A stretch of DNA of 52,143 nt from a virus: positions 1 to 52,143 of the IMG/VR virus record IMGVR_UViG_3300042908_001490. One strand, written 5' to 3'. Positions 16,545-24,968 of the stretch are shown piece by piece (the first letter of the stretch is position 1; each line of letters starts with the position of its first letter). The position numbers and the translations under genes were made by a program. The notes under the pieces are model-generated. The model saw nothing but the letters and a program-made list of their open reading frames with translations, was not told the origin of the DNA and did no database searches.

Positions 16545-17693
16545 TTATGGAGTTAATTCAAAAAACACCCCTTTCCTGGTTGCAGGTCTAGGCGCGATCG
16601 CAATTTTTCCCTGCCCCTGAAGTTCTGCAAGGATTTTGCTGACTCCTATAGTGCATCTCCTGAGATTCCCTAGATGCTGAGAAATTTCTTGTTTATTCTT
16701 GGGTCCATCCTTGAGAAAGTTCAAAATCTTGTGTTGCGGTTGATTGTTGTTGAAGTCAAAAAATGCTTTTTCGTTAGTAGTAGACACAAACTTTTCTCCA
16801 TGCTCCTGATAATCGAAACAGGAAACAGCATCACCTCTGACTACCAAAAACCGTAGGCAATAACGTATGCTTGTCTTGCTTTTCTTGCCTTTGACCTTGC
16901 TATAGATTTCTGTAGCAGAAGTTATTTTATCGCTTGCATCTAAAATCGCTTTTACTTTTTCAATTGTTGGTAGGCGAGAAACGCAAACACCCCGATATTT
17001 CTCTAGAACTTCAGCATGAGAGTGATGAGCATAAATTCTATTTCTTTGTTTACCGACATAAACAATTTCCCCATCTTCTACCAACCTTGTTGTTGTTATC
17101 CAAGTTGAAGTCGGGAGCGATCGCAGAGCATAAATTCTATTTCTTTGTTTACCGACATAAACAATTTCCCCATCTTCTACCAACCTTGTTGTTGTTATCC
17201 AAGTTGAAGTCGGGAGCGATCGCAGCTTCCTAGCAATGTCTGATAATGAAAATCCTGCATTGTTTCTTTTTAGGAGATCAAGAATTTCCTTCTGTAATAA
17301 ACCGCTGCCAAATTCCCTGTATAACTTAATTTTTTTCTTGATTTCCTTGGGCTTATTTTTGATTTCTTTGGGTTTATTTTTGATTTCTTTGGGCTTATTC
17401 TTGATTTCTTTGGGTTTATTCTTGATTTCCTTGGGCTTATTTTTGATTTCTTTGGGTTTATTTTTGCGGACTCTAGGAGTTTTGAGTTTAGCTTGCTTAA
17501 CTGAAGATGGTTCAGTTTTTGGTTGCGATATGATAGTCAACCGTTGTTGATTTCTCAATGTTGTGACGCAATCCAAGCATAATATTTTAGACTCAGATTC
17601 GTGATTACAGCCTCGATATCTGTGGCAGCTTCCACATCTTCCAAAAGTTTTTTCTATTTGTTTGACTGTTATATGTTCGAGTGTTTGCAGCAT
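16545..17693 (-). CDS. zinc-ribbon / multi-winged-helix DNA-binding protein with internal repeats
   Basis: The N-terminus has CGSCHRYRGC...CLDC. The protein contains (KNKPKEI)x6, an exact 33-aa duplication, and several MarR-like wHTH segments. Confidence 0.7.
   Translation of the reverse strand: MLQTLEHITVKQIEKTFGRCGSCHRYRGCNHESESKILCLDCVTTLRNQQRLTIISQPKTEPSSVKQAKLKTPRVRKNKPKEIKNKPKEIKNKPKEIKNKPKEIKNKPKEIKNKPKEIKKKIKLYREFGSGLLQKEILDLLKRNNAGFSLSDIARKLRSLPTSTWITTTRLVEDGEIVYVGKQRNRIYALRSLPTSTWITTTRLVEDGEIVYVGKQRNRIYAHHSHAEVLEKYRGVCVSRLPTIEKVKAILDASDKITSATEIYSKVKGKKSKTSIRYCLRFLVVRGDAVSCFDYQEHGEKFVSTTNEKAFFDFNNNQPQHKILNFLKDGPKNKQEISQHLGNLRRCTIGVSKILAELQGQGKIAIAPRPATRKGVFFELTP
17029..17225. repeat. 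99-bp exact in-frame tandem duplication
   Basis: 17029-17127 is repeated at 17128-17225. The duplication encodes LRSLPTSTWITTTRLVEDGEIVYVGKQRNRIYA twice. Confidence 0.95.
17340..17465. repeat. 6 x 21-bp tandem repeat (KNKPKEI heptads)
   Basis: The units gatttc(c/t)ttggg(c/t)ttatt(t/c)tt differ only at three synonymous third-codon positions. Confidence 0.95.
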
Positions 17694-17750
17694 GGTAATT
17701 ATTTGTAGTGTGTGGAGCGATCGCTAATTAAATGCGATCGCTTGCTGAAC

Positions 17751-17984
17751 TTACGCAGATGGTCTAATCTGGTCAAGATAAAAGGCTTTAAACAATTTGC
17801 CTTTTACTGACAATTCAATGAAGCTCCACTTCGCTCCTGTGGGGGCTAAACTTGGGGTATAGAACTCATGGAAAATTGCCTCTACCCAACCATTTGCTTT
17901 GGGATGTTTATATTGAATCTTGTCCCCATTTTTCAGATTGGATTCTACTAATTGAGTAGATTGTGTTTGTGTTAGAATAGTCAT
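17751..17984 (-). CDS. hypothetical protein
   Basis: 77-aa ORF from the ORF track. Confidence 0.55.
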   Translation of the reverse strand: MTILTQTQSTQLVESNLKNGDKIQYKHPKANGWVEAIFHEFYTPSLAPTGAKWSFIELSVKGKLFKAFYLDQIRPSA

Positions 17985-17997
17985 TATGAGATTCCCC

Positions 17998-18135
17998 CTA
18001 ATGCTTGTTGAATTGTTGTTTAGCAGGCATTATTTTTTGAGTTTGAACTACAAAAAATAGAATGCCGAGTAAGGTTATCAGCATTGATTCAAGCCCGATA
18101 ATAAATAGAGTGAAAATCCACAAGTGATATTGCAT
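17998..18135 (-). CDS. small membrane peptide (45 aa, below ORF-track cutoff)
   Basis: I translated MQYHLWIFTLFIIGLESMLITLLGILFFVVQTQKIMPAKQQFNKH. Its ATG is 2 nt after the upstream stop. Confidence 0.45.
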   Translation of the reverse strand: MQYHLWIFTLFIIGLESMLITLLGILFFVVQTQKIMPAKQQFNKH

Positions 18136-18137
18136 GG

Positions 18138-18674
18138 CTAAAATAATGATTGTTGAGCGCTTGCTTTTCTTGCACCATCGAGATAGGCGATCGCTTCCTG
18201 TTGAAGTGCCATAACTAAGTCGTAATCAAAGGTATCTTGAGCGATCGCATAGGGTGAGGTTGGGCAAGGGTAAGCGCCGTTAATTTCACATTTTCCAGTG
18301 ATAGTTATGCCGATATTCTCTTCTGTGTGTTTGAAGGAAACGCCGATTATTTGTCCTTCTTCCCACTGGATAGAATCAAGCCCAATTGCATTTATCAGAA
18401 GTGGTAAAAGTTCATCCATGCTGCCGTAAAATTCCTCCCTAGCTTCTTCTTTGGAGGTGAAAGTAGCGGAAAACCAACCGTCTTTAGCTTTGTCGTGAGC
18501 TACTTCATATTCGATGGTAATTAGTTCAGCATCTTCAAGTCTTTTTGCTTTTACTTTGGTAATTCTGCGTTCTGCTGATGGGCTTACAGTGGCTATTTCT
18601 TCTAGCGGTTCAAATGCTTCAAGATGATCAATTACTGGCTCTACTGGTTTTGTCGCTACTGCTGTTGATTTCAT
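18138..18674 (-). CDS. hypothetical protein
   Basis: 178-aa ORF from the ORF track. Confidence 0.6.
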   Translation of the reverse strand: MKSTAVATKPVEPVIDHLEAFEPLEEIATVSPSAERRITKVKAKRLEDAELITIEYEVAHDKAKDGWFSATFTSKEEAREEFYGSMDELLPLLINAIGLDSIQWEEGQIIGVSFKHTEENIGITITGKCEINGAYPCPTSPYAIAQDTFDYDLVMALQQEAIAYLDGARKASAQQSLF

Positions 18675-18696
18675 GATTTATTCCTTGTTTGGTTGA

Positions 18697-18969
18697 CTAA
18701 TTAATTGCAGGTGTCCAGGGTTTAACGCCTCTACTCCAACGAACAGATGGAGGTTCTTTCTTGCGCCCTGGCAGACAGAAACAAATAGTTGCTGATGGTG
18801 TGGTCATGCGGAAATATTGATGAATTTCCCCTGCTTCTCGCAACTCCTTAATTGAATCCCATAGCTCAATGTTGGAGATTTTCAGCGCTTGCTTTATCTC
18901 AATTGCGAACATATCGCCTTTGTTTAGTTGAGCAAGAATTTTGTCTTTTGTTAGTTTGTTTGTGGACAT
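18697..18969 (-). CDS. winged-helix-like small protein
   Basis: ILAQLNKGDMFAIEIKQALKISNIELWDSIKELREAGEI. Confidence 0.5.
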   Translation of the reverse strand: MSTNKLTKDKILAQLNKGDMFAIEIKQALKISNIELWDSIKELREAGEIHQYFRMTTPSATICFCLPGRKKEPPSVRWSRGVKPWTPAIN

Positions 18970-18989
18970 AAATAATTAGGGGCGATCGC

Positions 18990-19184
18990 TTACTTAACTT
19001 CTGGAACTACAAGCTGAAATCTAATGTTAGGCTCTATCTTTTTCTCACTTTGCAATTTTTCAAGGCAAATATAAATGGCGTTCAAGGTGTGATTCTTGTT
19101 GAACTTATTGGTAATTTCCTGGTAAGTGGGCTTCTCCCTAATAAATTCAAGAATTTCTACTTCTAGATCAACTTGCTGCTGCAT
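18990..19184 (-). CDS. winged-helix-like small protein
   Basis: ILEFIREKPTYQEITNKFNKNHTLNAIYICLEKLQSEKKI. Confidence 0.5.
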   Translation of the reverse strand: MQQQVDLEVEILEFIREKPTYQEITNKFNKNHTLNAIYICLEKLQSEKKIEPNIRFQLVVPEVK

Positions 19185-19569
19185 TATTTAACCTCGATTC
19201 AAAATGAAGCCCATAGGCTGTGTAGCCACCTTTTTGGAAAGATAGGACAGCGATCGCCCAAGCAGTTTTAGAGAATTTATTGCCATAGAGCATCCCCATT
19301 CCCTGTTTTTCAACTAAGTCTGCGGTGGCTTTTGCTTGTGTGGCCATTTCCTCAGAGATAAATTGTTGAAAATTTATCTGTTGAAGTCTCATGAAGACTG
19401 CGGCTTTTAGGCTGGGGATTTTGTCAGGTTCAATCCCTGTGTTGCGTTCTAGGCTAGGAAAACATTGGTCGCTTCTCCCTAATCCCAGTTGTCTTTGCTG
19501 CTTGTTGAGTTCACTGGCAACAGACATTTTTCTTCGCCCACTGCCACGATGTGCGGTTTTTTGAGTCAT
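19168..19569 (-). CDS. hypothetical protein
   Basis: 133-aa ORF from the ORF track. Confidence 0.55.
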   Translation of the reverse strand: MTQKTAHRGSGRRKMSVASELNKQQRQLGLGRSDQCFPSLERNTGIEPDKIPSLKAAVFMRLQQINFQQFISEEMATQAKATADLVEKQGMGMLYGNKFSKTAWAIAVLSFQKGGYTAYGLHFESRLNNAAAS

Positions 19570-19572
19570 AAT

Positions 19573-19776
19573 CTAATTGCTTTTATTTTGTTCGCGCAGC
19601 TTATCAAGCCGCGCTTTTCTTCTGGCATAGTTCCCGAATGCTTTGGGAGTTAGTTCTTCGGGAATAAATTCTTTTGGCTCTGAAAGTACGTGTAACTCCT
19701 CAACGGGTACGCCCTTACGCACTCGGTCATATTCGTAGGCTGGGACTGTGTAAGCGATGCAAGCTCCATTCTTCAT
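19573..19776 (-). CDS. hypothetical protein
   Basis: The internal ATG at 19776 (MKNGACIAYTV...) lies 2 nt after the Bro-N gene stop. The longer track ORF overlaps that gene. Confidence 0.5.
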   Translation of the reverse strand: MKNGACIAYTVPAYEYDRVRKGVPVEELHVLSEPKEFIPEELTPKAFGNYARRKARLDKLREQNKSN

Positions 19777-19778
19777 GT

Positions 19779-20576
19779 TTATTCCCCGAATATCATCTGA
19801 CGGTTTCCTTCCTTGCTGGCAAATTTGGTTTTGACAACTTCTAGATGATCTGGCGTTAGTCGTGGGGTGTGGACTAGAGCCGGTTGACTTTCCCAAAATC
19901 CGCTATCCTTTCCATAGCCAATACTGTCTAACCAGTCCCAAGCTGCTTTAGTTGACTTGAACCCGAAGCGTTTTTGAATGTAGGTTATACCCACGCCTTC
20001 AAAAGTGCCATTGTTGGTAATGGTGCGTTCAATGTATTCATTGCGGGTAATTACTGCGTCGGGTCTGCCAAGTGCTAAAGGTGCTAGACCGGGGGCGACG
20101 GTTTCAAGCAAATGAACTGTTGCTAATAATTTGTGTTGGCTGTTAGACAATCGCTCTTGAGTTCTAGCGAGTTCTAACTGCATTTCTAATTCACGAAGGC
20201 GATCGCTCTGTTGAGGAATTACGGTTTCAGCTTCACGGGCTTTGACTACGAAGTATTTTTTAGCCAAGGATACTTCTGTCTTTCGAGCGTCGCAGCAAAT
20301 AGCTGTCATGTAGCATCCGTATCGAGACAACCTATAGTCTTTGGCGTTTCTCCCTTTACTTTTTATTGATACCAATAAGAAGTGGTCAGAAGTCTTGTCT
20401 TGGTTGAGTTCTAGATTTTCGATAGCTTCTTCAATGGACTTCTCGAAATTTTGCCATAGTCCATAACCCATTACTTTCATGAGGTCACGGGCTAACCAGT
20501 ATTCGCCTTGCTCATCTGTGCGGCGAATACTATCAAATGGGCTTGTGTCGTTACCTGTATTTATCGCTAAACTCAC
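19779..20576 (-). CDS. Bro-N / DinD-like antirepressor
   Basis: FDSIRRTDEQGEYWLARDLMKVMGY..WQNFEKSIEEA...RLSRYGCYMTA is a Bro-N pattern. The C-terminus is antirepressor-like. GTG start. Confidence 0.8.
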   Translation of the reverse strand: MSLAINTGNDTSPFDSIRRTDEQGEYWLARDLMKVMGYGLWQNFEKSIEEAIENLELNQDKTSDHFLLVSIKSKGRNAKDYRLSRYGCYMTAICCDARKTEVSLAKKYFVVKAREAETVIPQQSDRLRELEMQLELARTQERLSNSQHKLLATVHLLETVAPGLAPLALGRPDAVITRNEYIERTITNNGTFEGVGITYIQKRFGFKSTKAAWDWLDSIGYGKDSGFWESQPALVHTPRLTPDHLEVVKTKFASKEGNRQMIFGE

Positions 20577-20734
20577 GCTAATACCTCCAGTATTTCTTGC
20601 TCTGAAAAAACTTTGGTTAAACCGCTATTCTTTTGGTAGTAGAGGCAAGTCCAGCCTCCTTGACGGTTAGGACGGATGACTTTGTACTCAGTCTCGCCTA
20701 CTTTAAATTTTGTCCCTGGAGCGATCGCGGTCAT
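20573..20734 (-). CDS. small hypothetical protein (53 aa)
   Basis: MTAIAPGTKFKVGETEYKVIRPNRQGGWTCLYYQKNSGLTKVFSEQEILEVLA. It has an ATGA overlap with the RHH gene and a GTGA overlap with the Bro-N gene. Confidence 0.5.
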   Translation of the reverse strand: MTAIAPGTKFKVGETEYKVIRPNRQGGWTCLYYQKNSGLTKVFSEQEILEVLA

Positions 20735-20931
20735 GCTGCTACCCTTTCAGCATCTTCACTGACTTGCTCTATTCCAATCTGTAATAATGCTTCAAGCATT
20801 GCGGTCTGAGTCATTCCCTTGTCAGCAGCGATCGCTTTGACTCTAGCTAAGAGTGCAGGGTGGATTCTGACCATTGGGCGATCGCTGATAGAGATATCTT
20901 TCAGCGCTGGAGGTAGTGAAATTTGTGCCAT
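20731..20931 (-). CDS. ribbon-helix-helix (Arc/CopG-like) regulator
   Basis: MAQISLPPALKDISISDRPMVRIHPALLARVKAIAADKGMTQTAMLEALL. The internal ATG at 20931 is the likely start. Confidence 0.7.
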   Translation of the reverse strand: MAQISLPPALKDISISDRPMVRIHPALLARVKAIAADKGMTQTAMLEALLQIGIEQVSEDAERVAA

Positions 20932-21103
20932 ATTTTTAACAAATTTGTAACTGTTTCCTATAAGAAATACTATAAACAATTTCATTTCTTGCGGGAAACA
21001 TACTTAATATTTCTTAACAAATGTTTGCAAATAGCTGATTTTGTGTATACTGAGGGATACAATAAAGGTAGATAAAGATGTGTGTAAACATAATGAAACT
21101 CCG
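20932..21103. promoter_or_regulatory. divergent promoter/operator region (immunity switch)
   Basis: Related boxes TTAACAAATTTGTAA (20936-20950) and TTAACAAATGTTTGCAA (21014-21030) are present. There is a 7-bp inverted repeat tgtttcc ... ggaaaca. TATAGT faces left, and TTGCAA-N15-TATACT faces right. Confidence 0.55.
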
Positions 21104-21673
21104 ATGCAATCAGAGCAGGGATTAAAAGTATTAGGGAAAATAATTAAATCTAGCATTGAATATCGTGGGCTAACTCAACAAGAAGCGGCGGACAAAATTA
21201 GCTCATCCACTGGTCACTACATTAGCAAGGGCGGTTTAAACAAAATAATGAACGCCACTACTAAAAATCCAGAATGGAATACTTTAGTTGCGATCGCTGC
21301 ATCTAAACTCATTACCTGTGACAGAGGCATCCCTTTAACAATCTATGATTTCATAGATATTGCTTCTGAAAATAGGGTGACGGACATGGATATTTTGATT
21401 AAGTTAATAAAATTAGAGTTACAAAATCGTGGCTGGACGCTTCGCCGAATGGCTGAAGAGACTGGGATTGAACTTGCTGATTTACTTGATATTTCCGAGG
21501 GTAGAGTATCTGAGGATTTTGAGGGGGATTTAACTCTCTTGGCATTGGTTCTCACGAATCCCAAGACGCGGCGAACTTTCACTACCGCTGAAAATATTGC
21601 TCAATTTTGTGGAATTAAAATTAATCCTACTCACGTTGATTGTGAGCAGGATTATTGCATTGGGCTAATCTAA
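21104..21673 (+). CDS. dual HTH (XRE-type) repressor-like protein
   Basis: There are two HTH segments: RGLTQQEAADKISSSTGHYISKGGLNKI and RGWTLRRMAEETGIELADLLDISEGR. The first ATG is at 21104; the track ORF opens at a TTG at 21041. Confidence 0.75.
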   Translation: MQSEQGLKVLGKIIKSSIEYRGLTQQEAADKISSSTGHYISKGGLNKIMNATTKNPEWNTLVAIAASKLITCDRGIPLTIYDFIDIASENRVTDMDILIKLIKLELQNRGWTLRRMAEETGIELADLLDISEGRVSEDFEGDLTLLALVLTNPKTRRTFTTAENIAQFCGIKINPTHVDCEQDYCIGLI

Positions 21674-22324
21674 TAATTCACGGGAAATTGTTTTGACTAG
21701 CCGTGCCGGTTCACCATTCCAAATTACCATTCTGGCATTGACAGTCAAGCGGGCATTTTCCCCAGAAAACATCTTGGCTACGTAGGAATAATTTCGCAAT
21801 TCCTCATCTTGGCGAAGGCGCTCCAAATATTTATCCAGTTCCGACTCTATCCAAAAGTCGGACATTTTTTTGCCCAACCAATCGTTCGGGTGGGCATTAG
21901 AGGATAAAACAATCTGGGAGTTAGAAAATAGACCTTTGTGGTCTGACATCCGCACGACTCCGCAAGCCCCATCATACGCCATACACTCATCTATTAGGTC
22001 TATGACTGGAACTAATAGATTTTGACGTGGTGGAATTTCTATCACAGTATTCATGAGCAGCACCCTATCATAGTTCAAGGGGAAAGAAGTTACTTTTCTC
22101 CCTACTGCTATTGTCACCATTTTTATATTTTTTGCAATTATCCCTGACCGGATTTCTTCGCCAATTTCTAAACCGAGGCTCATTAATGCTTTAGGTAAGA
22201 TGTTGCGGGATTTTACCAGCTTCGCGCAGGTAGGAATGGTTGGACAAGAAATATACAGACTTGACGACAAGGACGTGATACTGCATTTTTGAAGGAGTAG
22301 GGCGATCGCTTGAACTGTGATCAT
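21665..22324 (-). CDS. PAS-like sensor domain protein
   Basis: The C-terminal half (FSNSQIVLSSNAHPNDWLGKKMSDFW...ARLTVNARMVIWNGEPARL) has a PAS-like pattern. This assignment is tentative. Confidence 0.45.
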   Translation of the reverse strand: MITVQAIALLLQKCSITSLSSSLYISCPTIPTCAKLVKSRNILPKALMSLGLEIGEEIRSGIIAKNIKMVTIAVGRKVTSFPLNYDRVLLMNTVIEIPPRQNLLVPVIDLIDECMAYDGACGVVRMSDHKGLFSNSQIVLSSNAHPNDWLGKKMSDFWIESELDKYLERLRQDEELRNYSYVAKMFSGENARLTVNARMVIWNGEPARLVKTISRELLD

Positions 22325-22459
22325 GGGGGGTGATGCTGGTATGTTGATACTGGATGACTGTATGCCACTACTGGAACTGGCACGTTAGACAAGTATAATA
22401 TATGCGACGGTTATTATTTTAACTTGTTTCAATTATAGGCTAAGTGATCGCAACGGTAA

Positions 22460-22663
22460 CTATTTATTGATCTTATACTCAACTACGTAGTGCCAGTCAA
22501 TCCAGAATTTGAAACAAGCGAAAAATATCATTAAAGTGCCATAGCTTCGGTCAATGTAGAGCGATCGCCAATTAAGTAAAGTTATTTGGAATTTTACCTC
22601 AATCCCGTCAATAGTTTGCCCGTTATATTTGCCTTTGGGAAGTTTGTTTTTGAGTTGGTTCAC
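22460..22663 (-). CDS. hypothetical protein
   Basis: 67-aa ORF with weak support. Confidence 0.35.
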   Translation of the reverse strand: MNQLKNKLPKGKYNGQTIDGIEVKFQITLLNWRSLYIDRSYGTLMIFFACFKFWIDWHYVVEYKINK

Positions 22664-22711
22664 GGTTTTTAATAATTGTATTAATCTATAACATTATACA
22701 TATTTAAGATC

Positions 22712-22737
22712 AAAAAAAAGCCCCTGATTTCTCAGAG
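22712..22737 (-). terminator. intrinsic terminator
   Basis: The minus strand reads CTCTGA-GAAA-TCAGGG followed by CTTTTTTTT. Confidence 0.45.
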
Positions 22738-23091
22738 ACTAATATTTGAACTTTTACTTTTCTTGCTTCAAAAGATTTCTCATTTTGCGATGCAATTACT
22801 CCTCCTAAAACTGCGTTGTTCATGTTTTTATTTGGGTAGGCGATCGCTATCTATTGATTACAGGTTTTGTGAAAATCACATGGTTTGGTATTTTTGTTGT
22901 AGTGTGAAATTTATACAACGTAACATTAAACCATCCGAAGGGGTATTCCCCATTTTTGCATCCATGACAGTTAATAACTATCCATTTTAAATCAATGCAC
23001 AGCCAACCTTCTGAACTAATCTGTATTTGCATTTGCATTTCCTTATTTGATAATTGCGATCGCATTGGGGAGCGATCGCAATTGAAGTTAA

Positions 23092-24009
23092 TTAGTATGG
23101 AGGATAACCAAATTCATCATCTTCTGGGTTTTGTCCTGCCGATTGAACAGCCGCATTAAACTCATTCGGATTGGGTTTGCCTTCATCTTCGGTAGCAGTT
23201 TCTTTTAGTGACGGTCTCCAATCCTTGACTAACTCTCTGCTGAGTTTTATTTGCTCACTCAACTCACTGCCGTTTGTCACAAGAGAAGACATGGTAGCTG
23301 GTTTATAGCTCTCAACAACAGCTACATTTGCTGTGTTAGGAGCTATGCCCCGCACGGCATCTGTTATTGTGGGTTCATAAATGCAATGAGCATGAAACAA
23401 GTCCCCCATCGGTTTATATGGCTGTTTCCTGCTTTGAGCGTAAGCTTTCTCCATGTCACAGCAAAAACCACCTCGATTTGTCTCTTTAGTTTGATGTTGA
23501 AGCCATGAAGCATTGAAAGATGCGCCACTTGCACCACCAAGGGATATCCTGATTGGCGCAGTGTGACAGGGTTTATTGTCTTGTCCTAAGACGTAGCAAT
23601 AACTCCAACTTGCTGTTTTGTAGAGATTTTTGTTCTTCCAAAAATCACTGAATTTTCTCATCTCGCCGATGAGTTCGTTTTTTTCTCTCATCTTCCCAGA
23701 CAAGAATCCTTCGTTCCTGCTTTTCAAGTAAACAGGGGTGCTAGAGAGGATTAATAGTCTTGGCTTTAAAGTCATTAGAACAATTTCTTTGTCGCCACTA
23801 GGCCACTCATGTTCTACTATTTCCCAATTTTCAGGGAGATCAAAGGAACATGATTCTGCATCTTTTTTAGTTATCGCAAATCCGTAAGGAAGAATACCAG
23901 TTCTTCCAAACCTGGGATTAATTATTAGAGCAATTGGCGGACGCTCAGAGACTGGTGCGGAAAATTGTTGATCTTCAAAATCAGGCGCTAATACTGCTGT
24001 GTTTGTCAT
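23092..24009 (-). CDS. hypothetical protein
   Basis: 305-aa ORF with no motif I can name. Confidence 0.65.
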   Translation of the reverse strand: MTNTAVLAPDFEDQQFSAPVSERPPIALIINPRFGRTGILPYGFAITKKDAESCSFDLPENWEIVEHEWPSGDKEIVLMTLKPRLLILSSTPVYLKSRNEGFLSGKMREKNELIGEMRKFSDFWKNKNLYKTASWSYCYVLGQDNKPCHTAPIRISLGGASGASFNASWLQHQTKETNRGGFCCDMEKAYAQSRKQPYKPMGDLFHAHCIYEPTITDAVRGIAPNTANVAVVESYKPATMSSLVTNGSELSEQIKLSRELVKDWRPSLKETATEDEGKPNPNEFNAAVQSAGQNPEDDEFGYPPY

Positions 24010-24182
24010 CGTTTTGTCTTGCTTGTTATTATTTTATCTGTGCGGAGTTGATAAGGCGATCGCACCCAGCCAATTGATAATAGTTAAAACTTGAATTTGT
24101 GGTAGCTAAAATAATTATGCTACCTTCTATTTTAGCAGTTGCGATCGCTCAAATATTTTAACTAAAGCGATCGCGGAAATTA

Positions 24183-24518
24183 CTAAACTGCTACGAGACA
24201 GGGAACTTTATCGCGCCCACTACCTCGTTCATCACATACCAAATCTTCTATGTATTGCTCAAATTCTGATCGAGCTTCACTAATTTGATACCCTTGCCAG
24301 TTGCAGTGACGTTCACACTGGGAATAAGTATGAGCGCGAAACACAATCCGATTATTGACCTTGACAGTATAGGGCTGGGTTAAGCTGCTGAAACTAACGT
24401 CTTCATACTCAACAACAGCTTCATTTGATTGCTCATGGAACAAATAATCATCTAGTTCAATTTCTTCTACTACCTTTACAGTCTGGGGTAGTTTGCGAGA
24501 ATAGACAGTGTGTGTCAT
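24183..24518 (-). CDS. hypothetical protein
   Basis: 111-aa ORF downstream of the RHH gene and the second palindrome copy. Confidence 0.6.
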   Translation of the reverse strand: MTHTVYSRKLPQTVKVVEEIELDDYLFHEQSNEAVVEYEDVSFSSLTQPYTVKVNNRIVFRAHTYSQCERHCNWQGYQISEARSEFEQYIEDLVCDERGSGRDKVPCLVAV

Positions 24519-24595
24519 GATTGATTAGACCTTTTAGGTTGTGGGGCGATCGCTTACTTCTTTGCCGGAGGGGCGATCGCTTTGCTTATACAATA

Positions 24596-24613
24596 ATTCT
24601 ATGTCCATAGAAT
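24596..24613. promoter_or_regulatory. palindromic operator, copy 1
   Basis: ATTCTATG-TC-CATAGAAT. The 18-mer ttctatgtccatagaata is identical to the one at 24837-24854. Confidence 0.6.
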
Positions 24614-24620
24614 AAATTTG

Positions 24621-24827
24621 TCAAGCTATTTTTGAAGATTTTTCTTTGTTCTCAATAAAAACAGCCAAACCCCTTGCTACAGAAGGAATACGAACTACTT
24701 GCTCTAGTAGCTCACTCAGCTTTAAATTAAGATTAGCAGCATATTCCTCATACAATGCGATCGCTGTAGGAGTGAGGTTAATGTGCTTAGAAACCTTCTT
24801 TTCACTATATTTCTGACTTCGTGCCAT
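24621..24827 (-). CDS. RHH-like regulator
   Basis: MARSQKYSEKKVSKHINLTPTAIALYEEYAANLNLKLSELLEQV read from the internal ATG. AAGGAG lies upstream. Confidence 0.6.
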   Translation of the reverse strand: MARSQKYSEKKVSKHINLTPTAIALYEEYAANLNLKLSELLEQVVRIPSVARGLAVFIENKEKSSKIA

Positions 24828-24836
24828 ATCTCTCCT

Positions 24837-24854
24837 TTCTATGTCCATAGAATA
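24837..24854. promoter_or_regulatory. palindromic operator, copy 2
   Basis: TTCTATG-TC-CATAGAA lies 10-27 nt upstream of the RHH start codon. Confidence 0.6.
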
Positions 24855-24930
24855 GAGAATATCACAAAAAATCCCCACTGCCTTCAGTCCAGCAGGGATT
24901 TTTGTAGTGGTAGTGCGATCGCTATGTCAC

Positions 24931-24964
24931 AAAAAAGCTTCCTGAAAACGGTGTTCCAGGAAGT
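24931..24964 (-). terminator. intrinsic terminator
   Basis: The minus strand reads ACTTCCTG-GAACACCGTTTT-CAGGAAG followed by CTTTTTTG. It begins 5 nt after the stop at 24969. Confidence 0.7.
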
Positions 24965-24968
24965 TCGG

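Noticed and set aside
15562-17465. Tandem repeats considered as a possible CRISPR array (also 29889-29936 and 49391-49835)
   Set aside because: The units are 12-21 bp (or 99 bp) and directly abut one another. There are no unique spacers and no cas genes. All arrays lie in-frame within ORFs.
16934-17550. Plus-strand ORFs 16934-17233 and 17236-17550
   Set aside because: They are antisense to the 382-aa wHTH gene and consist of the reverse reading of its 99-bp and 21-bp repeats.
22847-23065. 72-aa minus-strand ORF in the 22.7-23.1 kb gap
   Set aside because: Its start lies inside the paired-HIP1 hairpin, it has no SD, and its composition is odd. A terminator at 22712-22737 suggests the region is transcribed, but coding is unsupported.
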